Made by a program: the position numbers and the translations under genes. DNA of 61,881 bases, counting the filler, from Hausera hauseri (Eukaryota), in NCBI GenBank assembly GCA_046269625.1. It is 11 parts of 11 records of this genome, joined end to end, with 100 filler letters (N's around TTAATTAATTAA, not from the genome) between each part and the next. Parts side by side here need not be neighbours in the genome. Positions count along the whole stretch, not along the records: positions 23,691 to 29,862 come from JBJURY010130650.1; positions 29,963 to 37,440 come from JBJURY010012456.1; 9 more parts are not named here. One strand, given 5' to 3'. The first letter of the stretch is position 1, and every line of letters starts with the position of its first letter. The notes beneath the pieces were generated by a model. That model had not been told where the DNA came from. It did no database searches and saw only the letters and a program-made list of their open reading frames with translations. Of this stretch, positions 23,691 through 35,779 are shown piece by piece.

Positions 23691-26600
23691 TGTTATTGTA
23701 TAACAACCTAAAAAACGAGTCTTTGCTGAGTGTAACGATGTGGTTTGTGCTGCTCGTATTGTTTCGTTTGTGGGGTCTCTTTTAAGGCAGTTAGTTCGAA
23801 CAATGTCCGTACAGGAGCACCAAATAGAGCTTTAGTAGGTCAGCATTCTGAAGAAGTAAATGGAGTGTTCCGCCATCTAAATAGAACAAACGGAAGGAGA
23901 GTTGTCCATTTGGTGTTGGATTCTGCTAGAATTTTAAGTGAAGTCTTCAGTGGAATGAAATTTTGACAAGGAGGAAGATTGTTTATGTTTTGGAACACCA
24001 TGCACTACTTTTAAAAACACCATGCACTACTCAAATGACGGACGTGCTACCTCTCCTTCTAATAGCTGTCCTAGTTATCCGTTTCAAAAAGCTAACTTCG
24101 CCATCAGAATTTACGGCAAACTCTGACAAAGGCTATTCTTCACATTCTAACTGCCGATGCGCCTCATTTGCAGTTTTTACGCTGAAAACTGAAATCACCG
24201 AATCAACAACTCAATCGTTAGACTCTTATTGACATAGTCGGAGCAGTTTCTTTAGTCCCACTAACATTTTTTGTACAAAGTTTGCCATGCAAAGCCAAGT
24301 CATTATTTATTGCATCAGGACAACCGCTTCACATGTCCGAAACATATAGACAATCTTTCACCTTGTCAAAATTTTATTCCACGTTTCAATGGACGTTTAC
24401 TGTCACTAATGTTCGTACGGCAATTCTAGGTTCCGATTTTTTATCTAATTTTAATCATTTGGTGGACTGCAAGTAACGCTGTTTGAAAAATAACATCGCT
24501 AAAGATTTTAAGGACCACATAAATAGCATATCGGCTACCGCACAGGCCATCGTCACGCGGAAGTCTATAATCAAAAAGTCAAAGAATAACTCGAAATCTT
24601 TTAACAACTATATTTTATTTCGTAAAGTTTTTGATAATGATATGGATACTCAATCGGAGTTTCGTGTTGACAACTGTGATTTTGTTGGCTCTATAAATTC
24701 ACTAGACAAAATCACCTCTTCAAATACTATTTTTAATATTACCATCTTACACCAAATTCCACTGATATTAGAACAGCACACTACTTGCAAACCTCACTCA
24801 ATACTAATTATATCGACGCAACAACACCACCAGGATTCTCACAATTGCCTGCAAGTTAGCAGCAATACATTAATACGTCATGCCCTCGTCTATTACAAAA
24901 AGATCGAATGTTCATTTCTATAAACAATACCTTTCACCACATAATAACAGAACACCAAAGGCTAATTGGCCAAAAGGTACGTCCTTTATCACATAGTCGT
25001 AGACATGCTGTCGAGGCTAAATTTTGAACGCTCCGGCATTGTACGCCTATCCAAATAGCCATGGTCCTCTCCTTTGCACGTAGTCCAGAAAAAGGATGGC
25101 TCTTTTAGACCATGTGGTAAATACACTCAACTCCACCATAGTGTATTCAACTATAGACATAGCCAATGCATATCCTCAAATTCCTGTAACACCTGAAGCA
25201 CCTGTAGCAGCATGGAGAAAACTGTCGGTACAACACTTTTCGGCCTTTATGAATATATTTGTCTTTCGGTTTACGCAACGCTGCGTACATTTTCCAACGT
25301 CGCATCGATTCCATTCTCTCGGATTTCACTTTTGCGTACCCATACATTTACGATATTTTGATCGTTTTGTTTTCAACCAAACAGCACGAGGAACACCTTC
25401 GTTCTATTTTCCAATGACTTAAGCAACATAATCTCCAGTTTAATTCTGTGAAATTTCATTTCTTCCAAAAGCGTATTGACTATCTCCGACATCATTTCAT
25501 CAAATGACCATTCTCCTCAACCCAGCAGAGTCGAAGCACTAAAAACATACAACTACCAATAACAACAACGGAAATGAAGAGCTTTTTAGGTACTTTAGAC
25601 TTCGTCCGAAAATATGTTTCATATTGTTCGGAACCTTTCTCACATTTAAGTGGTGGCAAAAATTATCAGCCGATTCAATGGACACCTGAATTGGTTGATA
25701 AGTTCGATAAGCTTCGCGAAGGTCTCAAAATTGTAGAAATACTTGCATTCCCTAAACCTGACGCTGAACTTATCCTCGTCACAGACGCTTCAACTACCGC
25801 AGTAGGCGCCGTCCTACATCAGTTATACAAAGGTGAAAATGTGCCACTCAAATTTTTCGCTAGAAAACTAACGCCACCGGAAACTAGGTATTCCAAATTT
25901 GATCGAGAACTACTGGCGATAGATTTTGCTTTAACCATTTCTCACACTTATTCACACCGCGCAGTTTTGTTATCCAAACTGATCACAAGCCTGTAGTCAC
26001 CATTATGACTATTAAACACCCATCTATACGCCAAGAGCGACAAATATATCTGTAAACATTTAATTTCGATATCAAACATATCAACGGTGTTAATACTTTA
26101 GTTTCCAATTTTTTATCTAGATCAGTTTGTTCGATGAATATTTTACCAGTTTTTAATCAGGCAAAACATCTAGAAAACCAGCCACCTTCAGACATTCTTA
26201 ATTCTTTTAAATCTTTCAACGTCGTCGACAATCCAAAATAATTCTTGCTCCATGTCTACAAAAACAGACATTTGATAACATACATTCGTTACACCATTCT
26301 GGTGCTAATGTCATTTTTCCTTTACTTCTACGACAGGTAGTTTGGCCGTTAATGCGTTCTGGTGTGCAGGTATTGGTTAAGGAGTGCGTGACTCGTCAGA
26401 ATATAAAACCATTAAGCATTTAAAGTCACCACTATATCATTTTCACTGCACATCACATTTTGAATCCGTGCATATCGATCTCGTCAGTCCTCTTCTTCCA
26501 GACAAGACCATCAGTTCATTCTCACTATGATGGACCATTCCTCGCGATGGGCAGAAGCCATCCCTATGCCGAGCACAAATACTGACACAATAGCTAATGT

Positions 26601-27620
26601 TTTCATTCGTACGTGGATTAGCATCTTTGGATCGCCTCGCTTCATCATCTCGGACCAAGGTCCTCATCATCCCAAGGTCCTAACACAGACGATCGCGCAG
26701 GCGATGGTAACCGGTTTCTTGGCACAAAATGAGCACGATAAGGAACAAAGTTCCTCCGTTGAGACAGCGAAATGTTGTTTAATCTACTGTTAATGTTGTT
26801 TGTCGTTGTTTGCAATGCTGTATTTTCGGCGCGTAACTGAATTAACTATTGCCCTATTGTTGTGTTGTTTTGATTATTGTTATTAGTAACTACTGCCCTA
26901 ATGATTGACTGTGAATATAATTGTAAAACCTTGTGTGCCTTATCGGTTAATTCGGCTAGTTTATCCAAATCTTTCGATTCTTCGACGATAGTAAGTAGAG
27001 CCCTAATTTTACTGGTCAAAGCATTAAGGAAATAGCAATGAAGGAGATTCGGATTGTGTTCATTGGTAATGCCAAGCGTACGTAAATTGGCCAAAGATGT
27101 GCGTAAGAAATTGCTAGGTTTTTGCATGCTCATTGCGTTTTCATTGAAGAAGCGTTGTATGATCGAGTCAATTGATGGTTCCGTTAGTTTTAATACAGCA
27201 TTGAATAATTCCGTATAAGGATTGCAATGATGAAAGATGTCCAGTAAGTTATGTATGCATGTCTTTATTGCGCTTGGTAGAAGATACAGTAGATTATAGG
27301 CTTTGACTAACGGTTCAGTGATGCCATTGGATTGAAGCCAGAATTGGTAAAAGTGAAGCTACGTCTTACTAGAGTTTTCATTATCTGTAAAACTTTCAGT
27401 ACATTGTGAGATGTAGTAGAAGTGGTTTTAGGTAAAGATATAGGATCAGTTGAGAGTTTTATTGGCTTATTTTGGATAATAGACAATAGGTTTAGGTTTT
27501 GTAGTATCGCTGGTTGATGAAGAGTGCATATCTCCACGAATTCTGAGGTGAATATTGAGAAAAAGGTGAGTATGCGATGGAGAAATGAAGTCATGAAAGT
27601 TAAAGTTGTGAGTTAGAAGA
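23691..27620. mobile_element. Rearranged Ty3/Gypsy copy of the same family: gag (-, ~26680-27600), inverted PR-RT-RH-IN5' block (+, ~23963-26665), integrase 3' end (-, 23691-23962)
   Basis: Minus-strand QKPSNFLRTSL...LDKLAELTDK. Plus-strand ILGSDFL, LVTDAST, YSKFDRELLA, RWAEAIP, ISDQGP. Minus-strand KTSLKILAESNTKWTTLLPFVL. Confidence 0.88.
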
Positions 27621-27919
27621 GAACCATTATGAGTCAGGTAAAAGTCATGAAGGTTTGCAGATGACTAAAGATAGGTATATATGTAAGGTGTGTTAATATT
27701 ATGTGAGATTTTATAGATTAATGTCTGTTATTTTAAAAAGGAAAACCGAGAATAGTATGTAAATGGATGTGTGATGCAGGGCTTCAACGCAGTGTGCCCC
27801 GTACCCCACGGTCGTTGGGCGAGCAACAGAGACGTAGCCCCTCCACGAGACATCAAAGTGCCGGGCGATAGAGCCCTCCCTCGAAGAACCTGACTGAAGG
27901 TATAGTTTGGTTCCCCGTA

Positions 27920-29030
27920 TCGTTTTGTAGGATTGATAACTGATGGGAATGATTGGTTGATTGAAATTGTACCGAGAAACAATTTTTATAACAAATTCAT
28001 CAAATTGTTCTACGGAAATTGTCGTGTTGATATTCTACCAGCTTTTCTTCAAATGTTACCGGTTTTGGTTCTGATTTTTAAATACTGAGTTGTGAAAATA
28101 AAACCGTTTCTCATTTTCAGTTTCTTTTATAAACCAATGTAGAAAAGATGATTGGAAATATTCTATCGTAACGTCTTTCAATGCAATTCTGAAAAACATC
28201 TAGGTGTAATGTAGGACAAACTTTCTATAATTAATCGCATTTGTTTGTTGACATACTTGTGGAATAAATGTTCGAATCAAATTCATATTAAATACTATCG
28301 TACCGTCCTTTATTAAGTACGATCTAGTTGGACTTACACCAACAATGGATAAACCACGGTATCCACTGATAATTTCCAGTGTTTTCTTCAAACCGAGTCG
28401 AAATGTTCGAATTTTATGAACGTAATACAATCCTTTTTCTATTCTCAACTTTTTTACCAGTCTGGTAAGATAAGGAATGGGATTCCTTTTATGCAAGCGT
28501 GTTGAATGAGATTAGCAACATGACTGGATTGACGTAGAGTAGGTAGAAAATTTTCATACATGATCGTCTCGGTACTATTTAGGAAATCGGTAATATTTAT
28601 TACGAACGGTATTTTCTATGAGAATCTTGAGTTTTTGGCCAATATTTGTCATGTTGATAAGATTGTTAGAACAATCTTGTGGAAAACTCAGATCATGTAG
28701 TTTTAGACGGTTTAACAGCAAATTGCGACAGGTTAAGAAATTCACATTTCGGAAGTATAGTGCAAAATCAGAAATACTATGGATTTTGAAAACGTCATTA
28801 GTGGGAAGGAAAATTTTCCATGTCCGAGCTTCGTGTATCATGTGATTATCTTGTGCAATCTCAGAATTGTCATTGTATAAATACCGTTCGACCTCATCAT
28901 GTTCTGTCAGTATGTCCGGTTTATTTAAAACTGTCGGTTCAATCATGATTCGTGGCACGTGTTTGGGCAACGAATCCACATATAAAATCCCATCAATGTC
29001 GTACGTATATCGGTGACGCAACAGAAATAT
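27920..29030 (-). pseudogene. Degraded intronless gene of unknown function (~350 codons, includes ORFs 28575-29021 and 28200-28496)
   Basis: Consecutive same-strand frames with protein-like composition (TYDIDGILYVDSLP...). TATAAG lies upstream at 29181-29186 on the minus strand. Confidence 0.4.
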
Positions 29031-29621
29031 GGAACAAGAAAAAAAATGGTAGTAGTAAAGATGAGCGAATGTGATGGTAGATCTCCTTGTGATTGTGAGA
29101 GCTGTATGAACTCTTAACTCTTGGCAGATGATGCTATTAACTAAACTGAACAGATCAGGCTGAAGCGGGATGCAGTACCACTTATAAACTTCAGAAGTTA
29201 AATAATGTGAGCCTCGCCATCACGGTGATAATATAGCCGGGAAGGCAGAAGGTTAGTTGGATCAATAAAAAGACAATGAGACTTATACAGGTAGGCTGGC
29301 TTGGGAGGAAAGAAGGCGTGCATGTAGATAAGATGGCGGGTTGATGGATAAGTACATATATTAGTTAAGTATGTTAGGTAGGCAGGTATATAGGTAACTA
29401 GGGTAAGTGCTCGTGTTAAGCATTTAAGCATTTAGAAAAACAGGTTAAGTGAACATGCAGAAGTGATTGCTTATTTCGTAAGTGAATACTTAGGTGGAAT
29501 TGGGTAGTTGGATTGATAGGTAGTGGGGTGAGGTTGTGGGAGATGGGTACATCGGTAAGTGGGTAATCCAGGTAGATAGGCAGTAGGCAGGCAGGTATTT
29601 AAACTAGTTCTTGTTCTTGTT

Positions 29622-29862
29622 CGATCTCCACATCACCGAGCGTTAGCTCTTGTGGATGAGCCCCGAGAATGGGCTGTTGCAGTCCCAAGAATGACTATGG
29701 AGGAGGGTAGTTGAGCTTTCCTGCTGTCCCGGTGGTGTCTAGGAGGTGGACCGAGGTCCTCCAAATAGTAGTGTTCCACCATCCCAAGCCGCCACTTGTT
29801 AGCCAGCAAGTCTTCCTACCATTGCCTGGAGACATGACTTGGACGTAGGCAGACTATCTGGG
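29622..29862. repeat. Interspersed repeat, second copy at ~32235-32490
   Basis: Shared colinear blocks GATCTC.ACATC, CTGTTGCAGTCC.AAG, GACTATGGAGGA, CCTGCTGTCC, GGAGGTGG.CC.AGGTCCT, TGTTAGC. Confidence 0.85.
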
Positions 29863-31231
29863 NNNNNNNNNNNNNNNNNNNNNNNNNNNNNNNNNNNNNN
29901 NNNNNNTTAATTAATTAANNNNNNNNNNNNNNNNNNNNNNNNNNNNNNNNNNNNNNNNNNNNTTACATCACTAGCTGTCATAAGGGATAGATGGTCATTG
30001 TTAGATGTGACACGTATACCCTCACAGAAGGAGGTTAGTTCGTTTAGGTCACAAGCAGAATTGTAGATTTGCTATTACTTATTTCATTTTGGAAGTAATT
30101 GCTAAAGTCTGTGACACTAAATGCAACATTGTAAGCAGAATTATCGGGTGAATGACCTTTGTTCGATAAAGTAGCTATTTCCTTCCATATATATTTACTG
30201 TTGCTTTTATCCTGGACTAAACTGCTAAAGTAGGCTTTCGTTTCTTGTCAAATCAAATACCTAGTTCTGTCGAGCTCAGTATGTACTGCTTGTGAGCTAG
30301 GTCCCTCTCTCGAGGATGGTTTTATCATATTGGAATGAATACAGTTCAACCACAGTTCCATAGGTTGCACACTGGAAATTATAATAGTAAGCTGGAAGTA
30401 GACAAATAAACAAAGAATGAATTCTAAGACGCAAAACTAAACACTGAAAATCTTTTTCCCCTCGTTTTCCCTTGCATAAAGTTCTCAGAATCTTTTTGGT
30501 CAGCTGTCCACCATCCCATGCCGTAGGTTTTCATCTTTGAGAGCCTACTTACTATTGCCAGCATCTACTGAGGGGTCTATTTGTTGATTTCTGATTTCCA
30601 CTGCGTTTGTGGCACCTGTTCAACACTCGTGGCAAAACATTTATGATTAGTTCACTGCAATGGTTGTACATCGAGACCATATCATATTGTCTGCTTTTGT
30701 ACCTATCCCTTCTGGTTTTCCTTGGTAACACTTTTTATTTTCTGGATGCTGGTTTCTTTTATTTTTTTTTTAAGAATGGACTGTACTTCACTGGAAGAGT
30801 TGGGGAAGATAATTGGCCTTGTCCATGAGGCCTATATTGGATTCTTCTACATGGGGAAAAGTCTCTGATCCTTCATTTCCCTATATTGGGAAAAGTATGT
30901 TTCACTCCCTTAAATTGAGAAAATTGTATGTTTAACTCCCCTATGCTAAGAAGAATCTCATATGCTTGAGAAAAGCTTATAATGTTTCACTTCTCTATAT
31001 TGGGGAAAAAAATCTGCTTGATTTTCCTACATTGAAAAAATCTCGAATGCTTATGTTTCTATGAAAAGAAAAGTCTTCATTGCCCTATGTAAGGTAGGTT
31101 TAATTCTTATTTCCTCTACATTGGAAGAAGTGTTTATTACTTAATTATTCTATACTGCTTCAGTCATTGGGAAACTATTTGAGTCTTTCATGTTCATTGA
31201 CCCATTTATCAGTCTTTATTTTTTCTTGCAG

Positions 31232-32850
31232 TGTTTCGTCACAAGGAAATTGATGAAAAGTTGAAAGACGTAAGTGTCAAGATTTTCATGATGTTATTAT
31301 TATTATTATTGTTTTTGGTGAAATAAGTTGAAAATGGGGTTGATAGAGAGAAAGAAGAGGATGTGGGAAAGGGTAAATGAAATATGTGCATTCACATTTT
31401 GCAAATAAGTATTTTTAGCAAAAGAGTGAGATTTGGAGTGTTACGTTGGCGAACATAGTCCAATCAATTTAGATCTTCATCTCCGATGAGACAGTCATTT
31501 ATTACATTTCTTGATATATTGGCTGTTGTAGTTTGTTTGTCGATGGTCTTTCGCAAAGTTCGTTAGTCTTCTGACCCTCATTTGTCCCTGGGAGTTATAT
31601 TGTAGCATGTCTGACAATGTTGTTTTCCTGTCTGCATAATGTGTATCCTATCCACTTCCATTTCCTCTTTCTGATGCTGCCAATTTTTTAATCTGATCCT
31701 GACCAATCTATCAGCTTCTGTTTGAAGGGTGTCTGGCCATTTAATACCGAGCATTTATCTTTAGTTTACAAATGTTTGTAGCTTGTGTTACACTGTCACC
31801 ATGTTCTTCCACTTTTCTGAACAATAAAAGAATACAGATTTTACATTGGAGCTAAAAATGTGAAGTTTCATTAAAAAAAAATCGCCCGTAGCATTGTGCA
31901 TGCCATAGGGGGATGAAATATTAGTGCCTTCATTTTTCTAGGATTCGGCTTTGTGAGTGGGACGCCACCAGCTTTCTTGCTGCATTTATTTCTCAGGTTT
32001 TTTTTATCCTGGTAACCATTTTAGGCCGGAATTGAATCCACGCCACTTGACTCAGCAGTCGAGTTCACTAACCACTCGGCCACCACGGACCGTATCATAA
32101 GAGGTCAGATATTGCAGTCTTTCTGTGTGTTGCTCAGTAAGATAAAGGCATGTCTTACCTTGTAAATTCTGTTTATGTCCTCTCTTGTGCATTTTGTCAA
32201 CTAATGCAGCGTTAAATTACGAGTTTTTGATTGATGATCTCTACATCGAGTGTCAGCTCTTTTGTACAAGCCCTGAGTAGACCTGTTGCAGTCCTAAGGA
32301 CTATGGAGGAAAGTGAGTTTCCCTGCTGTCCTGGAGGTGGCCCAAGGTCCTTCAGGTGGTAGTGCAGTGCTTGACATCCAAGAAGTGATCCACACTAACT
32401 GGGGACCATTCCGAGCCTCTGACTGTTAGCTGGCAGGTTTCCTTACCTTTGCCTTAAGATATGATTTTAACATGGGCAGAGAATCTTGACTGACTATGAT
32501 TCGTCAAATTATGTTTCACTGTGTATTTGGGTCGACTATGTGTCGCCACCCACAAAGCACCTCCATCTCCTATGGAGCGTGTATAATAAATGCTTAGGTT
32601 CAAAGATATTGATACCCATGGCAAACTTAAACTAATCCAAACACAAAATAGAATGATTTTATTTGCATGTATGAATGTGCGTGCATGCTATGTGCTGGAT
32701 TTTTATGTTTTTTTTTAACTAATTCCTCATTGCTGCTGTTTAACTGATTATGTCTGGATTTATTTGCAGACCTTTGAAATAGTAAACAAATATCATTTCA
32801 TTCACACACTGGCTCTGCTGGCTGTGCCGTTTGCTAGAAAACCAATTTTG
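31232..32850 (+). CDS. TMEM256: TMEM256 (DUF423) homolog, two internal exons: 31232-31269 and 32770-32850
   Basis: Both exons have polypyrimidine-TGCAG acceptors and GTAAGT/GTGAGT donors and are phase-compatible. The joined peptide xFRHKEIDEKLKD-TFEIVNKYHFIHTLALLAVPFARKPIL matches TMEM256 [26 protein letters not shown]. Confidence 0.85.
31540..32200 (-). mobile_element. RTE-clade LINE 3' remnant inside the TMEM256 intron
   Basis: Minus-strand IFSSNVKSVFFYCSEKWK and KRKWKWIGYTLCR, typical of the RTE RT C-terminus. Confidence 0.7.
31885..32091 (-). mobile_element. tRNA-derived SINE nested in the LINE remnant
   Basis: Minus-strand head GGTCCGTGGTGGCCGAGTGGTTAG (A box) ... GGATTCAATTCC (B box), followed by a non-tRNA body. 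Confidence 0.7.
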
Positions 32851-34114
32851 GTGAGTAATGGAATAGATATATCTTAATTTATGCTTTGAATCTGTTAATA
32901 CACTTTCCTGTGAATATGATTTATACTTTAAATTTGTCAATATGATGTACACATTGAATGTTATACAGATTTAAAGAAAACATTGTGTTTTAAATGAATT
33001 TTAAAAAGACACATTAGGATGATATTTTCTTGCAGCCAGAGAGTGCATGTGATGGTTAGGTGGTTAGTACAACGTATGATCACATTTAAGTTCCAAGTGA
33101 AAATATCTTTTTCAAGCCTCTGTGTCCCTGTTCTGTACTTGGAGATTCTCAGCTGTGTCAGCTTCTTGAAACTGATGCAGCTGTAGTTTTTCGTACTGAC
33201 AAGGTGACAGGTCATGTTGACTACTATGTGAATATAGCCAGCTTTTTTTTTCCGCTGGCAAGTCATAATTGCAGCATCAGTGTGATACAGCCAACAGTGG
33301 TGATTTTTTTTAAAACTGTATCAGTGTTGAGGTTACAAATGCAACGTTCTCTAATTGCATCCTCAAATATTCAAATTTTCTACCCCTGTGGGGCATACAC
33401 CCCACTTTGGAAAACACTGATGTAGAGGAAAACATGTCAGTCCTGGACAGAACCAGCTGAAATGTTACTTAGCAGGATGCATCATGGGGAACTGCAATGT
33501 TTTGTCCAGAGTGTTAATCTTGACCCTAATTGAGATCGTGAAGCAAACCCAATCTCTGAAACCCAGCCGCCTTAAAAATTCTCACTCAGTATTTGAAAAA
33601 GAAAATCTCCTATACCCATTTACAGCTAGTTAAAATGGAGATTATAGTAGAGAAATCAAACATGTATTACTGTGTTCAGCATGATGATTGTGAGACAGGA
33701 AGGGCAGAATGTAAAACGGGCTACGTGCCCAGTTCTCACCCCTTTGAAATTAAAAAGTTTATTATTATTATTATACTGTCAGGCTGAGAGTTTGGCCAGC
33801 TACATGCATATGTAAAGCAAGAAAAGGCGTTCATTGGTGCCCATATGTGTATAAGGGAATGTGGAGGTTTAGTGTCCATATTGTTCCTGGACCCATGGTA
33901 TATAATTGGGTTAAGTGGGCAGCACAATGACTGGCTGTCTTTCTTCTGCCGGGAATTTCTATCTCTGGTAAATAATTTTTGAGCCTGAGTCAACCCTGAG
34001 ATCATTTTGTGACTGGCAAGTGAGGTCACTAACATCTTTACTACCGTGGCTCCTGTATTACAGCTGGGGGAAAAAAAAACAGAAATCAAACGCCTCCCTC
34101 CCCCTGGCACTCGC

Positions 34115-34190
34115 ACTCACCCTCTTTCTCACCCCCTCTCTCTAACCCTCTCAATCTCTCTTTCCTCTCTTTTGCTCAATCACTCTCTGA
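34115..34190. repeat. CT-rich simple repeat
   Basis: Degenerate (CT)n tract. Confidence 0.7.
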
Positions 34191-34625
34191 TCATTTCATC
34201 AACTCCATGCATATGACATTATGTAATTTTAGTTTTGCTTGCCACTTTTGTGTTTTTCTGTTTCATTGTCATTTCTATATTTTTTCCCATTTGCTCGTTA
34301 TTTTTCAGGCTATTATCCACATTTTCTTATTTGCCTCCCTTCATCTTCTTTTGGGAGTGTGAGGCATTGTGAGGGCTGTCGACAAACTATGGCCAGGGAT
34401 GACAAGACTTGTGCCTAGTCTACACCTTGACAGGAAGTGGCAAGAAAACCTACTGGCATGGCCCCCACATCCTGGAAGCGGGCCCCAAGGCCAGAATGTT
34501 TTGGCGGGCCCCCGCCTGCCACTATGGTTAAGAATATATATTTACAAAATGAACACTTGAAATAAGAATACAAGTTATCTCAACAGTTGTCTAGAGATAA
34601 GACGTCCGCCTATATGTACGGGGTT

Positions 34626-34940
34626 AAGATAAGATAAGATCTTTATTTAACCAGGGTTGAGAAATAGGCAGTATTGCCTGTTTAAATTTCTGCCCTAGGG
34701 GTTGATTTTTCCTAGAATTTTTCCCGGACCTCGGCCGTTAGGCCTACTCTTTTTCGATTTTCAACTGCTAAGGGATTTTTAACGTGCCCGGCAATGTACA
34801 CGGACGTCCGATCTCACTATCCAGAGATAGGGGAATTTTAACTAGAAGATCCAGGAGAAAAAATCCCAAGTGGTTCCACCGGGATTTGAACCCCGTACCT
34901 CTAGTTCTCAAGGTGGACTTCCTACCTCGAGACCTGAGAA
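34626..34940 (-). mobile_element. tRNA-derived SINE with a Meta/MESC-like core; headless second copy at ~46388-46625
   Basis: B box GGTTCAAATCC; core GCACGTTAAAAATCCC...TCGAAAAAGAGTAGG; AAATAAA + (ATCTT)n tail. The second copy is colinear and has an (ATTC)n tail. Confidence 0.8.
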
Positions 34941-34989
34941 TGTTGAAGGAACGGGTCCTACAGGAAGCAGGGACTACCATTTTTGATGT

Positions 34990-35713
34990 GAGAAATTATG
35001 CGATGAGGTGGGAAGTCAAGATGAAGCCACACAAGCACAAGTGTTAGGAGTGGATCGTGATGAGGCGTGCGAGTTCCATCATGCAGCCAAGGCGAATGGG
35101 AAGCTCTAAAGGCAGAGGCGGAGCAACTGAAGCGACAGCTAGAAACGTCGAAGCTTACGCAGTTAACAGAAGTGCGGATGCCAGCAAGAGGTCAGACAGC
35201 TAGGCTGCATTTACGATAACAGCGGAGGTGAGAAAAACATTGTTTCCGGTGTAAGATGACGGGTCAGAGGGAGTGTCAGCAGGAACTAAACTAGACCCCT
35301 CTGTTGCTCGGAGTCAGGGTGCAGCAAGGGAGCGAGTTGGCTCAAAGAAGATACCTGGTTGAAGATCGGAGTGTGAGGCAGTGATAGGTGGGAAGAAGGT
35401 GATGTTTATTTTGGATACAGGGTCCCAAGTGTCCACTATCACGGAAGTATGTTTCATTGAGTTGTCCCGAAACCATAGGTTGAACGAGGGCAACCGATTC
35501 CGTCTAACGGCAGCGAATAGCATGGTGAAGTACATTGGATACCTCGTCATAGACATCGAAATTGGTTGTAAAGTGGTGAAGAGCTGTGGTGTCTATATAA
35601 TAAAGAATATGTCGGTAGAGGAGCGTGTGTCCGGCATAATTGGCACCAATGTATTGGCGGAACTGCCGAACGTACACAAATTGTTGCCATATTGTTGCTG
35701 TGGAGGACAATAG
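34990..35713 (+). mobile_element. LTR retrotransposon (Gypsy-like) gag-end/aspartic protease remnant
   Basis: Broken knuckle CFRCK; protease FILDTGSQVSTI...LTAAN...YIGY...GIIGTNVL. Confidence 0.8.
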
Positions 35714-35779
35714 AGGATGTATGCCATAGGAGAGTAGTATAGTATGTTGCTAACGATTATTTTTAAGGCTGCGAAAAGA

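Noticed and set aside
34862-34940. Functional tRNA gene (also 32020-32091)
   Set aside because: The cloverleaf is imperfect and the head continues into a SINE body; the 34626-34940 body recurs elsewhere in the window
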